Assembly: GCA_963702635.1 (NCBI GenBank)
Contig: CAVPDL010000017.1
Coordinates: forward strand, 68,070 to 132,069
Length of the DNA stretch: 64,000 nt
DNA from: an uncultured Alphaproteobacteria bacterium
GTDB lineage: Bacteria > Pseudomonadota > Alphaproteobacteria > Rhizobiales > Xanthobacteraceae
Direction of reading: 5' to 3'
Position 1 is the first letter of the stretch. Every line of letters begins with the position of its first letter. Shown here piece by piece: positions 44,688-57,464 of the stretch. Made by a program: the position numbers and the translations under genes. The notes below the pieces were generated by a model. The model did no database searches, had not been told where the DNA came from, and saw only the letters and a list, made by a program, of their open reading frames with translations.

Positions 44688-46193
44688 ATGTATGACCTCA
44701 TCGCAAATCTCTGGCTCGGCATGGGCGTGGCGGTCACGCCGACCAACGTCGTGCTCTGCCTGATCGGTGCGCTGGTCGGCACGCTGATCGGCGTGCTGCC
44801 GGGCATCGGCTCGCTCGCCACCATCGCCATGCTGCTGCCGATCACCTTCGGCCTGCCGCCGGTCGGCGCGCTGATCATGCTCGCCGGCATCTACTACGGC
44901 GCGCAGTACGGCGGCTCGACCACCTCGATCCTGGTCAACATTCCGGGCGAATCGTCGTCGGTGGTGACCTGCCTCGACGGCCACGAGATGGCCAAGCAGG
45001 GCCGCGCCGGACCGGCGCTGGCGATCGCCGCGATCGGCTCGTTCTTCGCCGGCTGCGTCGCCACCGTGCTGGTCGCGGCGCTCGGCGCGCCGCTGACCAG
45101 CGTCGCGCTGCTGTTCGGCCCGGCCGAATACTTCTCGCTGATGTGCCTCGGCCTGATCTTCGCGGTCGTGCTGGCCAAGGGCTCGGTGCTCAAGGCGCTG
45201 ACCATGATCCTGACCGGGCTTGCTGCTGTCGATGGTCGGCTCCGACCTCGAAACCGGCGCCGAGCGCATGACCTGGGGCATCCCGGAATTGTCCGACGGC
45301 ATCGGCTTCGTCGTCGTCGGCATGGGCATGTTCGGCTTCGGCGAAATCCTGCGCAACCTCGAGCAGCCAGGCACGCGCGAGATCGTGCAGGCCAAGGTGA
45401 CCGGCCTGATGCCGACGCTGCCGGACTTGAAGGCGGCGGCCGGCGCGATCGGCCGCGGCACCGTGATCGGTTCGCTGCCTCGGCATCCTGCCGGGCGGCG
45501 GCGCGATCATCGCCTCGTTCGCCGCCTACACGTTCGAAAAGCGCGTGTCGAAGAATCCCGAGCGGTTCGGCCGCGGCGCCATCGAAGGCGTTGCGGCGCC
45601 GGAGAGCGCCAACAATGCGGCGGCGCAGACCTCGTTCATCCCGCTGCTCACGCTCGGCATCCCGCCGAACCCGGTGATGGCGCTGATGGTCGGCGCCATG
45701 ACCATCCACGGCATCGTGCCGGGCCCGCAGGTCATGACCAAGCAGCCGGAGCTGTTCTGGGGCATGATCGCCTCGATGTGGATCGGCAACCTGATGCTGG
45801 TCGTCATCAACCTGCCGCATGGTCGGCATGTGGGTGCGGCTGCTGCGCGTGCCCTACCGGCACCTGTTCCCGATGATCGTCATCTTCTGCTGCATCGGCG
45901 TCTATTCGCTCAACAACGCGCCGTTCGACGTGTCGATGACGGCGATCTTCGGCGTCGTCGGCTACTGGCTGGTGAAGCACGACTTCGAGCCGGCGCCGAT
46001 GATCCTGGGCTTCGTGCTCGGCCCGCTGATGGAGGAGAACCTCCGCCGCGCCATGCTGATCGCGCGCGGCGACGCCACGGTGTTCGTGACGCGGCCGATC
46101 TCGGCGACGCTGCTGGCGATCGCCGCGTTCCTGCTGGTGCTCGCGGTGCTGCCGACCATCCGCGGCAAGCGCGACGAGGTGTTCACCGAATAG
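44688..46193 (+). CDS. tctA: tripartite tricarboxylate transporter large subunit (frameshifts)
   Basis: GTLIGVLPGIG, IYYGAQYGGS, GVAAPESANNA, LTLGIP. Confidence 0.93.
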
Positions 46194-46217
46194 CACTGCT
46201 GCGCTCAAAGACTGTGC

Positions 46218-46247
46218 AAAAAGGGGTGGCCGACGCCGCCCCTTTTT
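46218..46247 (+). terminator. intrinsic terminator, possibly bidirectional
   Basis: aaaaaggggtggc-cgac-gccgccccttttt. Confidence 0.75.
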
Positions 46248-46406
46248 CATTTCGCGGCTTATATAGGGGCAAGCGCCGCCAGCTTCGCTTGGCCCTCGGC
46301 TGGCGGTAGCTTGCAACCGAGTCGCGGTAGGCCGGCTCGATTTGAAGTTCCTGAACGAGCGTGACGCTGGGCTGCAGAACTTCGAATCGAGGCACTCAGT
46401 CGCTGA

Positions 46407-47744
<1,338 letters not shown>

Positions 47745-47883
47745 AGTGTTGATGAGCGGGAAATATCAGCAAGGCCAGCACGTTGAACGCTACAGGAGCG
47801 TGCGTTGTAAGGCGCGGACGGCTCCCCTATAACCTCACCAGCCAAACGGGCCGTCGTGTCGCCGGCCTCCGAGGAGAGATTTC

Positions 47884-49019
47884 ATGCCATGGAGCAATCA
47901 GGGCGGCGGGCCCTGGGGATCGGGCGGAGGCAAGGGGCCGTGGGGCTCCGGACCGCAATCGTCCGGCCCGACGCCGCCTGACCTCGAAGAATTGCTGCGG
48001 CGGAGCCAGGACAAGCTCCGGCGCGTTCTGCCCGGCGGCAATCTCGGCGGCCGCGGCTTTGCGCTGATCGCGCTCGGCGCGATCGTGCTGTGGGGCGTCT
48101 CCGGCTTCTTCCGGGTCGAACCCGACGAGGTCGGCGTCGTGCTCCGCTTCGGCAAGGAGGTCCGCGAGGTCCAGCCCGGCCTCAATTACCACCTGCCCTA
48201 TCCGATCGAGACCGCGCTGACGCCGAAGGCGCTGCAGGTCCGCAAGATCGACGTCGGCATGCGCATCGTCGACGACCTGCGCCGCGGCACCACGGTGCGC
48301 GACGTGCCGGAAGAAAGCCTGATGCTCACCGGCGACGAGAACATCGTCGACGTCGATTTCTCCGTGCTGTGGCGGATCAAGACCGAACGGCGTCGGCGAG
48401 TACCTGTTCAACATCCAGAACCCCGAGGGCACGGTGAAGGCGGTGGCCGAGAGCGCCATGCGCGAGGTGATCGGCCGTTCGGAAATCCAGCCGATCCTGA
48501 CCGGCGCCCGGCAGACCATCGAGGTCGCAGTGCAGGAGCTGATGCAGAAGACGCTCGACCATTACGGCGCCGGCATTACGGTGCAGCAGGTGCAGATGCA
48601 GAAGGTCGATCCGCCCGCCCAGGTCATCGATTCATTCCGCGACGTGCAGGCGGCCCGCGCCGATCTCGAGCGCGCCCAGAACGAGGCGCAGACCTACGCC
48701 AACCGCGTGGTGCCGGAGGCGCGCGGCCGCGCTGCGCAAATCCTGCAGGCCGCCGACGCCTACAAGTCGCAGACCGTGGCCGAGGCGATCGGCCAGACCT
48801 CGCGCTTCACGAAAATCTACGACGAGTACAAGAAGGCGCCCGACGTGACGCGCCAGCGCATGTATCTCGAGACCATGGAGCGCGTGCTGGGCGGCACCGA
48901 CAAGATCATCCTCGACTCCACGGCAGTCCGGATCGGGCGTGGTGCCTTACCTGCCGCTCAGCGAGTTGACGCGCCGGCCGCCGGCGCAGGCGCAGGCGCC
49001 AGCCGGAGGCGCGCGATGA
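47884..49019 (+). CDS. hflK: FtsH modulator HflK (frameshifts)
   Basis: MPWSNQGGGPWG, PPDLEE, MLTGDENIVDV, APDVTRQRMYLETME. Confidence 0.93.
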
Positions 49020-49952
49020 GGATCGGTATCGCTGGAGGCATCGTCCTCGTCCTCGTGCTTGCCGCGGTGATCCTCGGCTATTCGTCGCTGTTCACCGTCT
49101 ATCAGACCCAGCAGGCGCTGGTGGTGCGGCTCGGCCAGCCGGTCCGCGTCGTGACCGAGCCCGGCCTCAATTTCAAGGCGCCGCTGATCGACAGCGTGAT
49201 CGCCATCGACAAGCGCATCCTCGACCTGGAGAACCCGGCGCAGGAGGTGATCGCCTCCGACCAGAAGCGTCTCGTGGTCGACGCCTTCGCGCGCTACCGC
49301 ATCGAGAAGCCGCTGCTGCTTCTACCAGACGGTCAACACCATCCAGGGCGCCAACTCCCAGCTCTCGATCCTGCTCAACGCCGCGCTGCGCCGCGTGCTG
49401 GGCGAGGCGACGCTGACCCATGTGGTGCGCGACGAGCGCGCGTCGCTGATGGCGCGGGTGCGCGAGCAGCTCGACAAGGAGGCGCAGGTCTACGGCATCT
49501 CGGTGGTCGACGTGCGTATCCGCCGCGCCGATCTGCCCGAGCAGAACAGCCAGGCGGTGTACCAGCGCATGCAGACCGAGCGTCAGCGCGAGGCCGCCGA
49601 GTTCCGCGCCCAGGGCAGCCAGAAGTCGCAGGAAATCCGCTCCAAGGCCGACCGCGACGTGACCGTGCTGGTCGCCGAGGCGACCTCGAAAGTCCGAGCA
49701 GGTTCGCGGCGAGGGCGACGCCGAGCGCAACCGCATCTTCGCCGACGCGTTCGGCAAGGATCCCGATTTCTTCGCCTTCTATCGCTCGATGCAGGCCTAC
49801 GAAGCCGGCATGCGCCACAACGATACGCGCATGGTGCTGTCGCCGGACTCGGAGTTCTTCCGCTATTTCGTCGATCCGTCGGGCAAGCCGCGCGACGGCG
49901 CCGCGCCGGCCGCGCGGACGCCTGCAACGCCGCGCCGGCGACCCCGAGGTAG
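49016..49952 (+). CDS. hflC: FtsH modulator HflC (frameshifts)
   Basis: DQKRLVVDAF, VDVRIRRADLP, DPDFFAFYRSMQAY, LSPDSEFFRYF. Confidence 0.93.
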
Positions 49953-49993
49953 TCGATCCGCGCGGCGCGACAATTCGATGATGGTTGGCGGGG

Positions 49994-50179
49994 ATGTCCG
50001 ACTTTCTGGTCGCGATCGGTCTGGTGTTTGCCATCGAGGGGATTCTGTTCGCGGCCTTTCCCGGGCCGGTGAAGCGGGCGATGGCGCATGTCACGGAGAC
50101 GCCGGACGGCGCCTTGCGCCTGATCGGGATCGCTTCGGCGGTGGTCGGCGTGGTGCTGGTCTGGCTGGTGCGAGGGTGA
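49994..50179 (+). CDS. DUF2065 small membrane protein
   Basis: FLVAIGLVFAIEG..FP...LRLIG; usual position after hflC. Confidence 0.85.
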   Translation: MSDFLVAIGLVFAIEGILFAAFPGPVKRAMAHVTETPDGALRLIGIASAVVGVVLVWLVRG

Positions 50180-50319
50180 CGGCGCGCGGCAAAGCCGCTT
50201 TTCCGCCCCAATCCACCGGTTCATGCTCGTCCGGCCCGCGCCACAGGTCCCTTGCGTCGCGTTGGCGGCGGGGATGCACGTCGTCGATACAACAGGATTT
50301 TCCAGGAGAATTGACGGCC

Positions 50320-51825
50320 ATGGCCCGCCTGCTCACCGCTTTCGCGCACGCCATCCGGCAACCGGCCTTGTCCGCGGTTGCCGTGGCCGTGCTTGCGCTG
50401 CCGGCGCTTTCGACGCCGGCCTTCGCGCGCGGCCCGGAGAACATCGCCGACGTCGCCGAGAAGGTGATCGACGCGGTGGTCAATATCTCGACCTCGCAGA
50501 AGGTTGAGATCGCGCGGCAACGCGCAGCGATGCCGCAGCTTCCGCCGGGCTCGCCGTTCGAGGAGTTCTTCGAGGAGTTCTTCAAGAACCGGCGCGGCCA
50601 GGGCGGCGACGACCAGACGCCGAACCGCACGCCGCGCCGCGTCAATTCGCTCGGCTCCGGCTTCATCATCGATCCGTCCGGCATCGTGATCACCAACAAT
50701 CACGTGATCTCCGAGGCCGACGAGATCACCGTCATCCTCACCGACGGCACCCGGCTGAAGGCCGAAGTCGTCGGCAAGCGACACCAAGACCGATCTCGCG
50801 GTGCTGCGCGTCGACGCCGACCAAGCCGCTGAAGGCGGTCAAGTTCGGCGATTCCGACAAGCTCCGGCTCGGCGAATGGGTGATCGCGATCGGCAACCCG
50901 TTCAGCCTCGGCGGTTCGGTCACCGCGGGCATCGTGTCGGCGCGCAACCGCGACATCAATTCCGGCCCGTACGACAACTACATCCAGACCGACGCCGCCA
51001 TCAATCGCGGCAATTCGGGCGGTCCGCTGTTCAATCTCGATGGCGAGGTCATCGGCGTCAACACCGCGATCATCTCGCCGTCCGGCGGCTCGATCGGCAT
51101 CGGCTTTGCGGTGCCCTCGAAGATCGTGCAGACGGTCACGGCGACAGCTCCAGCAGTTCGGCGAGATCCGGCGCGGCTGGCTCGGCGTCAAGATTCAGCA
51201 GGTCACCGACGAGATCGCCGACAGCCTCAACCTGAAGCCCGCGCGCGGCGCGCTGGTTGCCGGCGTCGACGACAAGGGTCCGGCGAAGCCCGCCGGCATC
51301 GAGGCCGGCGACGTCATCGTCAAGTTCGACGGCAAGGACATCAAGGAGATGCGCGACCTGCCGCGCATCGTCGCCGACACGCCGGTCGGCAAGGACGTCG
51401 AAGTGGTGATCGTCCGCAAGGGCAAGGAAGAGAAGAAGACCGTGAAGCTCGGCCGGCTCGAGGACAGCGACAAGCCGGTGAAGGCGTCGGTGAAATCCGA
51501 GCCGCCGCGAGGACAAATCGGTCGTGCAGAAGTCGCTCGGCCTGCAACTTGTCCGGCATGAGCGACGAGCTGCGAAAGAAATACAAGATCAAGGATTCGG
51601 TGAAGGGTGTCGTCGATCACCGGCGTCGATGCCGGCTCGGTCGCCTCCGACAAGCGGCTTGCCGCAGGCTCCACCATCGTCGCCATCGAGCAGGAGCAGG
51701 TGACGCAGCCAGCCGATGTGCAGCGCAAGGTCGACTCGCTGAAGAAGGCCGGCAAAAAGACCGCGCTGCTTCTGGTTGCGACCACCGAAGGCGACATGCT
51801 GTTCGTGGCGCTGCCGATCGAGTGA
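50320..51825 (+). CDS. Do/DegP-family serine protease with two PDZ domains (frameshifts)
   Basis: [34 protein letters not shown]. Confidence 0.93.
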
Positions 51826-51849
51826 TCGCAGCGCATCGTAGAATATCAG

Positions 51850-51875
51850 AAGGGCGGCCGCGCGGCCGCCCTTTT
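51850..51875 (+). terminator. intrinsic terminator
   Basis: aagggcggccg-cg-cggccgccctttt. Confidence 0.7.
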
Positions 51876-51952
51876 CGATTCCGGCGCCGGCCCTTGTGGC
51901 CATCCGGCTTCGGCGGTGATAGGGATGCTGGGTTCTTCCAAGACAGGGCATC

Positions 51953-53044
51953 ATGAACGGAAATCGCGTCAGGGTTGGCATTGTCGGTCTCGGCCGCTGG
52001 GCCAAGGTGCTCACCCGCGCCGCGCAAACCTCCAATGCCATCGAGATTGTCTCGGGCTTCAGCCGCTCGGAGGAGAGCCGCGCGGCATTCCAGAAAGAAT
52101 TCGGCGTGAAGAGCGCCCCCGATCTCTCGACGCTGCTGGCCGATCCGCAAATCAAGGGCGTGATCCTGACGGTGCCGAACGAGCAGCACCTGCCGCTGGC
52201 CCGCGAGGTCGCGAAGGCCGGCAAGCACGTGTACACCGAGAAGCCGATTGCCAGCACGCTCGAAGAGGGTCTGGCAATCGAAGCCTTGGAAAAGACTTAC
52301 GGCGTCACGGTCACGGTCGGCCATAGCGCCCGCCTGATGGCGGGTATCCGCATCATCGGCAAGGCGATCGAAGCAGGCGAGCTCGGCCGGGTCGGCTTCA
52401 TGGAGGCAAATTTCTCCAACGAGCGGGCGCTGGAGCTTACGCCCAAGGCGTGGCGCTGGTACAGGGACCGCGCGCCCGGCGGGCCGCTGTCGCAACTCGC
52501 GATCCATCAGTTCGACGTGCTGCATTATCTCGGCGGGGAGATCGTCGAGGCCCATTCCGTTGCGTCGAAGCTGTCGCCGGTCGGCGCCGAAGTGGACGAC
52601 CAGTCGATGACAGTCTTGCGCTTTGCCGACGGCAAGATCGGCTACGTCGGCAGCTCCTGGACCTCGCCCGGCGTGTTCTGCGTCCGCGCGTTCGGCGCCA
52701 AAGGCCTGATGCACTATGAGATCGACTTCGGCACCTGGGATACGCCCGACAAGCTGCACCAGACCTCGACGTTGTATATCCAGCGCGGCAAAGACGGCTA
52801 CGGCAAGCGCGAAGAGCTCAAGGTTCCGGAAAGCGACATGTTTCGCGCCGAGCTCGACATGTTCGCGGAAAGCTGCCGGACCGGAAGATCGAACGAGCTG
52901 AACGCGCGCAGCGGCAATGTGGCGCTCGCCGTCGTCTATGCAGGGCTGCGTTCGATCGAACGGCAGGGGCAGGCGGTCAAGATCGCCGATGTCATCGCCG
53001 ACGCGCACAAGAAGCTCGCGGAGGGAAGCCGCAATGTTGCCTAG
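51953..53044 (+). CDS. Gfo/Idh/MocA family oxidoreductase
   Basis: [30 protein letters not shown]. Confidence 0.9.
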   Translation: MNGNRVRVGIVGLGRWAKVLTRAAQTSNAIEIVSGFSRSEESRAAFQKEFGVKSAPDLSTLLADPQIKGVILTVPNEQHLPLAREVAKAGKHVYTEKPIASTLEEGLAIEALEKTYGVTVTVGHSARLMAGIRIIGKAIEAGELGRVGFMEANFSNERALELTPKAWRWYRDRAPGGPLSQLAIHQFDVLHYLGGEIVEAHSVASKLSPVGAEVDDQSMTVLRFADGKIGYVGSSWTSPGVFCVRAFGAKGLMHYEIDFGTWDTPDKLHQTSTLYIQRGKDGYGKREELKVPESDMFRAELDMFAESCRTGRSNELNARSGNVALAVVYAGLRSIERQGQAVKIADVIADAHKKLAEGSRNVA

Positions 53045-53837
53045 CCGCTATTTCGCCGACCTGACGCAGCCGGAGATCGCGGCGCAGTTCAAGAGGAACC
53101 CGCTGGTGATCCTGCCATGCGGCAGCGTCGAACAGCACGGCCCGCATCTGCCGACCGGCACGGATACGCTGGCCGCCAACATCATAGCGCACGCGGTCGC
53201 GGAGCGCATGGACGGCCTAGTGTTGCCGGCAACGCCGTTCGGCGTCACCCCGATGCACATGCCCTATGAGGGCACCATTACGCTGACGCCCGACACCTAC
53301 ATGCGCGTTCAGACCGAGACCTGCGTCTCCACGGCCAAGCACGGCGCCAGGCGGCTCATGATCATCAACTGGCACGAGGGCAATATTCCCTCGCTCGCCA
53401 TCGCGGCGGAATCGCTGCACCGCGACCTTGGCATGAGCGTGCTGACGGTGCAGGCCTGCTACGTCGCGGAAGAGCTCTACGGCCATTCCTGCGGCGGGCT
53501 CACGCATGGTGGCGAGATCGAGGCGCTGGCCGTGCTGGCGCACAACCCCGGCCTCGTGCACCTCGACCGCATCGACTATTCCTCCGAGCACAGCCACGGC
53601 CACAAGATGGACAAGCTGCGGCGCACCCGCACTTATCAGCCGGTGCTGACCGACATCCGCTCGATCGCGCCGACCGGCTGGTTCGGTAGCCCGCAGCATG
53701 CCACCGCCGAGAAGGGCGGCAGGATGCTGACCGACATCGCCGACGCTATCGCTAAGGAGGCGGGCGACATCTTCCGGCAGCTCGACGCGGTGCAGGGCGC
53801 GCCGCGCGAGATCAAGCAGTTGCGGCAGGTCGGCTGA
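53034..53837 (+). CDS. creatininase-family amidohydrolase
   Basis: GSVEQHGPHLPTGTD, NWHEGN and HGGEIE metal-ligand motifs. Confidence 0.9.
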   Translation: MLPSRYFADLTQPEIAAQFKRNPLVILPCGSVEQHGPHLPTGTDTLAANIIAHAVAERMDGLVLPATPFGVTPMHMPYEGTITLTPDTYMRVQTETCVSTAKHGARRLMIINWHEGNIPSLAIAAESLHRDLGMSVLTVQACYVAEELYGHSCGGLTHGGEIEALAVLAHNPGLVHLDRIDYSSEHSHGHKMDKLRRTRTYQPVLTDIRSIAPTGWFGSPQHATAEKGGRMLTDIADAIAKEAGDIFRQLDAVQGAPREIKQLRQVG

Positions 53838-53913
53838 ACGACCGCGACCAAGTTCGGCGGCTATGGCCGCCGAACTCACCGGGTCAAGACGCCAGAAATT
53901 ACCCGGCCGAGGC

Positions 53914-54891
53914 TCAGTTTGTTTGGATCGTGATGGCCTGGGCTTTGATCACCTTGGCCCATTTCTCGGCCTCGACGGCGATGTGTTTCTTGAACCCCTC
54001 TGGGGTCAACGGCATCGGCTCGACGCCCAGCGTGACGAACCGCTCATTCACCTCGGGATCGGCGATGGCGGCGTTCATGGCTTCGCTGAGCTTCTTGATG
54101 ATCTCGGGGGGCGTTTTGGCTGGCGCACCGAGGCCGTACCAGCCGATCGCATCGTAGCCTTTCACAACCTCGCCGATCGCGGGGACATCCGGCAGCGCCT
54201 TGATCCGGTAGGCGGTGGTCACGCCGTAGGCTCGCAGTTTGCCCTCGCGGATCAGCGGCAGCGCCTGCGCGATCGGATTGAACACGACCTGCACCTGGTT
54301 GGCGAGCAGGTCGGACATGTAGTTGCCGCGATACGGGACGTGAACCATTTTGGTCTGGGTCTGGATCTGGAACAGCTCGCCGCACAGGTGCGGCGACGTG
54401 CCGATGCCGCCCGAGGCCATGTTGACCTTGCCGGGGTTGGCCTTGAGATACGCGATAAGCTCCTTGAGGTCCTTGGCCGGGAACGACGACGGCGTGATGA
54501 TGACGAACGCGGTCTTGGCGATGCCCGCGATCGGCGCGATGTCGCGCTGGAAATCGAAGTTGAGATTGCGGTAGAGCGCGATGTTGACCGCGTTGGTCGA
54601 GACCGGCATCAGCAGTGTGTAGCCGTCCGGCGCAGCGTGCGCCACGTAGTCGGTGGCGATGTTGCCGCCGGCGCCTGGCTTGTTTTCGATCACGAATTGC
54701 TGGCCGAGGCGCTGCGACATGTGTTGGCCCGCCAGGCGCGCGATGATGTCGGGCGCGCTGCCGGCCGGGAACGTAACGACCAGGGTTATCGGCCGCGTCG
54801 GGTAGGCCTGCGCCCAGGCAGAACGCGAAACCGCCGGCAGCGCGATGGCGCCCGCCGCCAGGTGCAGGAATTGTCTACGGGGAAGTTTCAT
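53914..54891 (-). CDS. TctC/Bug family substrate-binding protein (MKLPRRQFLHLAAGA leader)
   Basis: YPTRP, ENKPGAGGNI, APDGYTLL, HVPYRG. Confidence 0.92.
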   Translation of the reverse strand: MKLPRRQFLHLAAGAIALPAVSRSAWAQAYPTRPITLVVTFPAGSAPDIIARLAGQHMSQRLGQQFVIENKPGAGGNIATDYVAHAAPDGYTLLMPVSTNAVNIALYRNLNFDFQRDIAPIAGIAKTAFVIITPSSFPAKDLKELIAYLKANPGKVNMASGGIGTSPHLCGELFQIQTQTKMVHVPYRGNYMSDLLANQVQVVFNPIAQALPLIREGKLRAYGVTTAYRIKALPDVPAIGEVVKGYDAIGWYGLGAPAKTPPEIIKKLSEAMNAAIADPEVNERFVTLGVEPMPLTPEGFKKHIAVEAEKWAKVIKAQAITIQTN

Positions 54892-55137
54892 GGCTTGCCC
54901 TCAATATGGTCGCGGATACTGTTGGACGCGAAACGTCGGTATGCTTATGCGGGCATTCACGTAATTCTACCTCGACCGTCGAGTTGCCCGGAAGGGAGCG
55001 GGGTGGAGATGTGGCACTAAGCCGCCCTGCCGCTGCATCGCGGTTCGGGTCCCAAACGCATGACCGGCGGACGTTGAGCCAACCGTTTTCACAGCCTAAC
55101 CTACCTGCTTGGATAATCGACCATTTTGAGGGACCTG

Positions 55138-55512
55138 ATGGCGCGGCTGTTGAAGCAATCCGAGGCGAAGAAGCTCGGTCTGCCTGGGCGGACTTCGCTT
55201 GAGCCGGTGTCGGGTGCGATCGGCTCGAACGTCACCTTCCGCATTGCCGAGATCGCGGTGCCGAAGGCAGGCGACCCGGCGCGCGGGCCGCATCTGCACG
55301 ACGGCTTCGAGGAATGCATCTACGTGCTCAAGGGCACCGGCATGACGGTCGCCGAGAGCGGCGAGATTCCGATCAAGCCGGGCGACATCGTTTTGATCCC
55401 GCCGAACGAGAAGCACATGACCCGCAACACCGGCACGGAGCCGCTGGTGCTGCTGTGCTTCTTCGCCGAGCCCGATGTCACCAGAGGCACCACCGAGTTC
55501 AAAAGTTTCTAG
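55138..55512 (+). CDS. cupin domain protein
   Basis: PHLH..FEECIYVLKG, PGDIVLIPPNEKH..RNTG. Confidence 0.88.
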   Translation: MARLLKQSEAKKLGLPGRTSLEPVSGAIGSNVTFRIAEIAVPKAGDPARGPHLHDGFEECIYVLKGTGMTVAESGEIPIKPGDIVLIPPNEKHMTRNTGTEPLVLLCFFAEPDVTRGTTEFKSF

Positions 55513-55521
55513 AATCCCTTC

Positions 55522-56502
55522 ATGTCCAATCGCGTTCTCTGCCTTCGCCCGCAAACCGATTTCACACGCGTCGATGCCGCCGCGCCGCAAAGCCTCGAAG
55601 TCGCCTATCACGGCCCGGCGGATGCGCAGGTGGCCGCATTGATGAAATCAAGCGACGCGCTGGTGATCCCGGCGGTCGGGCCGAAGCTTTCGCCGGAATT
55701 GTTCGAGGCCGCCGCGCTCAAGCTCGTCCAGGTCACCGGCGCAGGCGTTGACCGGCTCGATCAGGCGGTGCTCACCAGGCTCGGCATCCCGGTCGCAAAC
55801 GTTCCCGGCGGCAGCAACAGTGCGGTGGCGGAATATTGTGTCACAGCGGCGTCGACGCTGCTGCGGCGCATGTCCTGGGCCGATGCCGAGATCAAGGCCG
55901 GCAACTACGCCAGGCATCGCGCGCGGATGATCGCCGACAACCTGGCCGGGATCGAAGGATTGCTGGTCGGCCTGATCGGATTCGGCACCATTGGCCGCGC
56001 CGCGGCGCTGGCGTTTCACGGGATGGGCGCGAAGCTTTGCTTCTTCGATCCGGCGCCGGCCGATACAAAGCTCGCCGCATCGCTGGACGCTCGTTCGGTC
56101 TCGCTCGACGAGCTGCTCTCGACCTGCGACGTGGTTTCGCTGCACGTGCCGCTGCTGCCAGCGACGCAAAACCTGATCGGCGCCGCCCAACTCGCGCGGA
56201 TGAAGCCGGGCGCCATTCTGATCCAGGCCTCGCGCGGCGGCATTGTTGACGAGGCCGCACTGGCGGCAAGCCTGTCGTCGTCTCATCTCGGCGGCGCCGC
56301 GGTCGACGTCTATTCGGCCGAGCCGCCGGCTGCCGACAATCCGTTGCTGAAGCTTTCCGGCGAGGCCGCGTCGCGGCTGCTGCTGACGCCGCATATCGCG
56401 GGCGTGTCGCGTCAGGCCTCCACCTTCCTGTTCCGCTCGGCGTGGCAGAACGTCGAACGGGTGCTGGTACAGAACCAGCCGCCCCTGAACCGGGTGTATT
56501 GA
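55522..56502 (+). CDS. D-isomer-specific 2-hydroxyacid dehydrogenase family
   Basis: GAGVD, VGLIGFGTIG, SLHVPL, ASRGGIVDE, DVYSAEP, TPHIAG. Confidence 0.9.
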   Translation: MSNRVLCLRPQTDFTRVDAAAPQSLEVAYHGPADAQVAALMKSSDALVIPAVGPKLSPELFEAAALKLVQVTGAGVDRLDQAVLTRLGIPVANVPGGSNSAVAEYCVTAASTLLRRMSWADAEIKAGNYARHRARMIADNLAGIEGLLVGLIGFGTIGRAAALAFHGMGAKLCFFDPAPADTKLAASLDARSVSLDELLSTCDVVSLHVPLLPATQNLIGAAQLARMKPGAILIQASRGGIVDEAALAASLSSSHLGGAAVDVYSAEPPAADNPLLKLSGEAASRLLLTPHIAGVSRQASTFLFRSAWQNVERVLVQNQPPLNRVY

Positions 56503-56503
56503 G

Positions 56504-57451
56504 CTACTTGGCCGACGCCTTGGCCACCGGGCCCCAGCGCTCGACGTCATGCTGGAGCTGCTTGGCGAAGTCCTGCGGCGAACTGCCGATCACGTCGTAG
56601 CCCAGTTGCTTCACTCGATCCTTCATGTCGGCGGCGCCGAGAATGACGATCACCTCGTCATGCAGCTTCTTGACGATCGCCGGGTCGAGGCCCGCCGGCC
56701 CGAGCAAGCCGGCCCAGTTGCCGACGGCAAAGCCCGGCAGCCCGGACTCGTCCATGGTCGGCAAGTCCGGCATCAGCCCCGAGCGTTTCAGTTCGGCCAT
56801 CGCGATGATGTTGACGCGCTGCGCCTTCTCCGTGGTCAGGCCGGGCACGCTGGCGAACAGCACTTGCACCTGACCGCCCATCAGGTCGATCAGCGCCGGG
56901 TTCATGCCCTTGTTCGGCACGTGCACCATGTCGATACCGGCCCGGCTCTTGAGCAGCTCGGCGGCGAGATGCGAAGCGCTGCCGATTCCGGCCGAGCCAT
57001 AGCTGAGCTTGCCGGGATTTGCCTTGGCGTAGGTGATGAATTCCTTGAGCGAGTGGACCGGCACCGACGGATGCACGACGAGTGCGTAGGGGCTGATCGC
57101 GACATTGACGATCGGGCTGAAGTCTTTGGCGAGATCGTAGGGCGGTGTCTTATTGACGGCCACAGACAGCGACAGGCTCGACGGCGTGTACAGCAGCGTG
57201 GTGCCGTCGGACGGCGAGGCAATCACCGCCTTGCTGCCGATGACGCCGGCGGCCCCGGCGCGGTTCTCGACCACGAATTGCTGGTGCAGGCGCTCGCCGA
57301 GCTTCTGCGCAAGCAGCCGCGCCATCACGTCAACGCCGCCGCCTGCCGCCACCGGCACGATGATGTGCACCGGCTTGTCGGGATATTCGGCCCTGGCCGC
57401 GACAACGCCCACAGCCATCAGGCTCGCGAGCACCAGCAATTTCCGGATCAT
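56504..57451 (-). CDS. TctC/Bug family substrate-binding protein
   Basis: YPDKPV.IIVP..AGGGVD..AR, VENRAGA, YGSAGIGS.SHL. Confidence 0.92.
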   Translation of the reverse strand: MIRKLLVLASLMAVGVVAARAEYPDKPVHIIVPVAAGGGVDVMARLLAQKLGERLHQQFVVENRAGAAGVIGSKAVIASPSDGTTLLYTPSSLSLSVAVNKTPPYDLAKDFSPIVNVAISPYALVVHPSVPVHSLKEFITYAKANPGKLSYGSAGIGSASHLAAELLKSRAGIDMVHVPNKGMNPALIDLMGGQVQVLFASVPGLTTEKAQRVNIIAMAELKRSGLMPDLPTMDESGLPGFAVGNWAGLLGPAGLDPAIVKKLHDEVIVILGAADMKDRVKQLGYDVIGSSPQDFAKQLQHDVERWGPVAKASAK

Positions 57452-57464
57452 TCGAGAGACTCCT

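Noticed and set aside
48434-49981. Apparent HflK-HflC fusion (similarly the chrA-chrA fusion at 42978..43793)
   Set aside because: Produced by indels; ATGA stop/start overlaps at 49016-49019 and 43374-43377 indicate separate genes.
55009-55020. Mini-ORF MWH* after a GGAG motif
   Set aside because: Too short, with no convincing attenuator structure; not distinguishable from chance.
55522-56502. serA assignment for the 2-hydroxyacid dehydrogenase near DUF1015
   Set aside because: It has no ACT/regulatory domain, a divergent N-terminus and operon linkage to a cupin; only the family-level call is supported.
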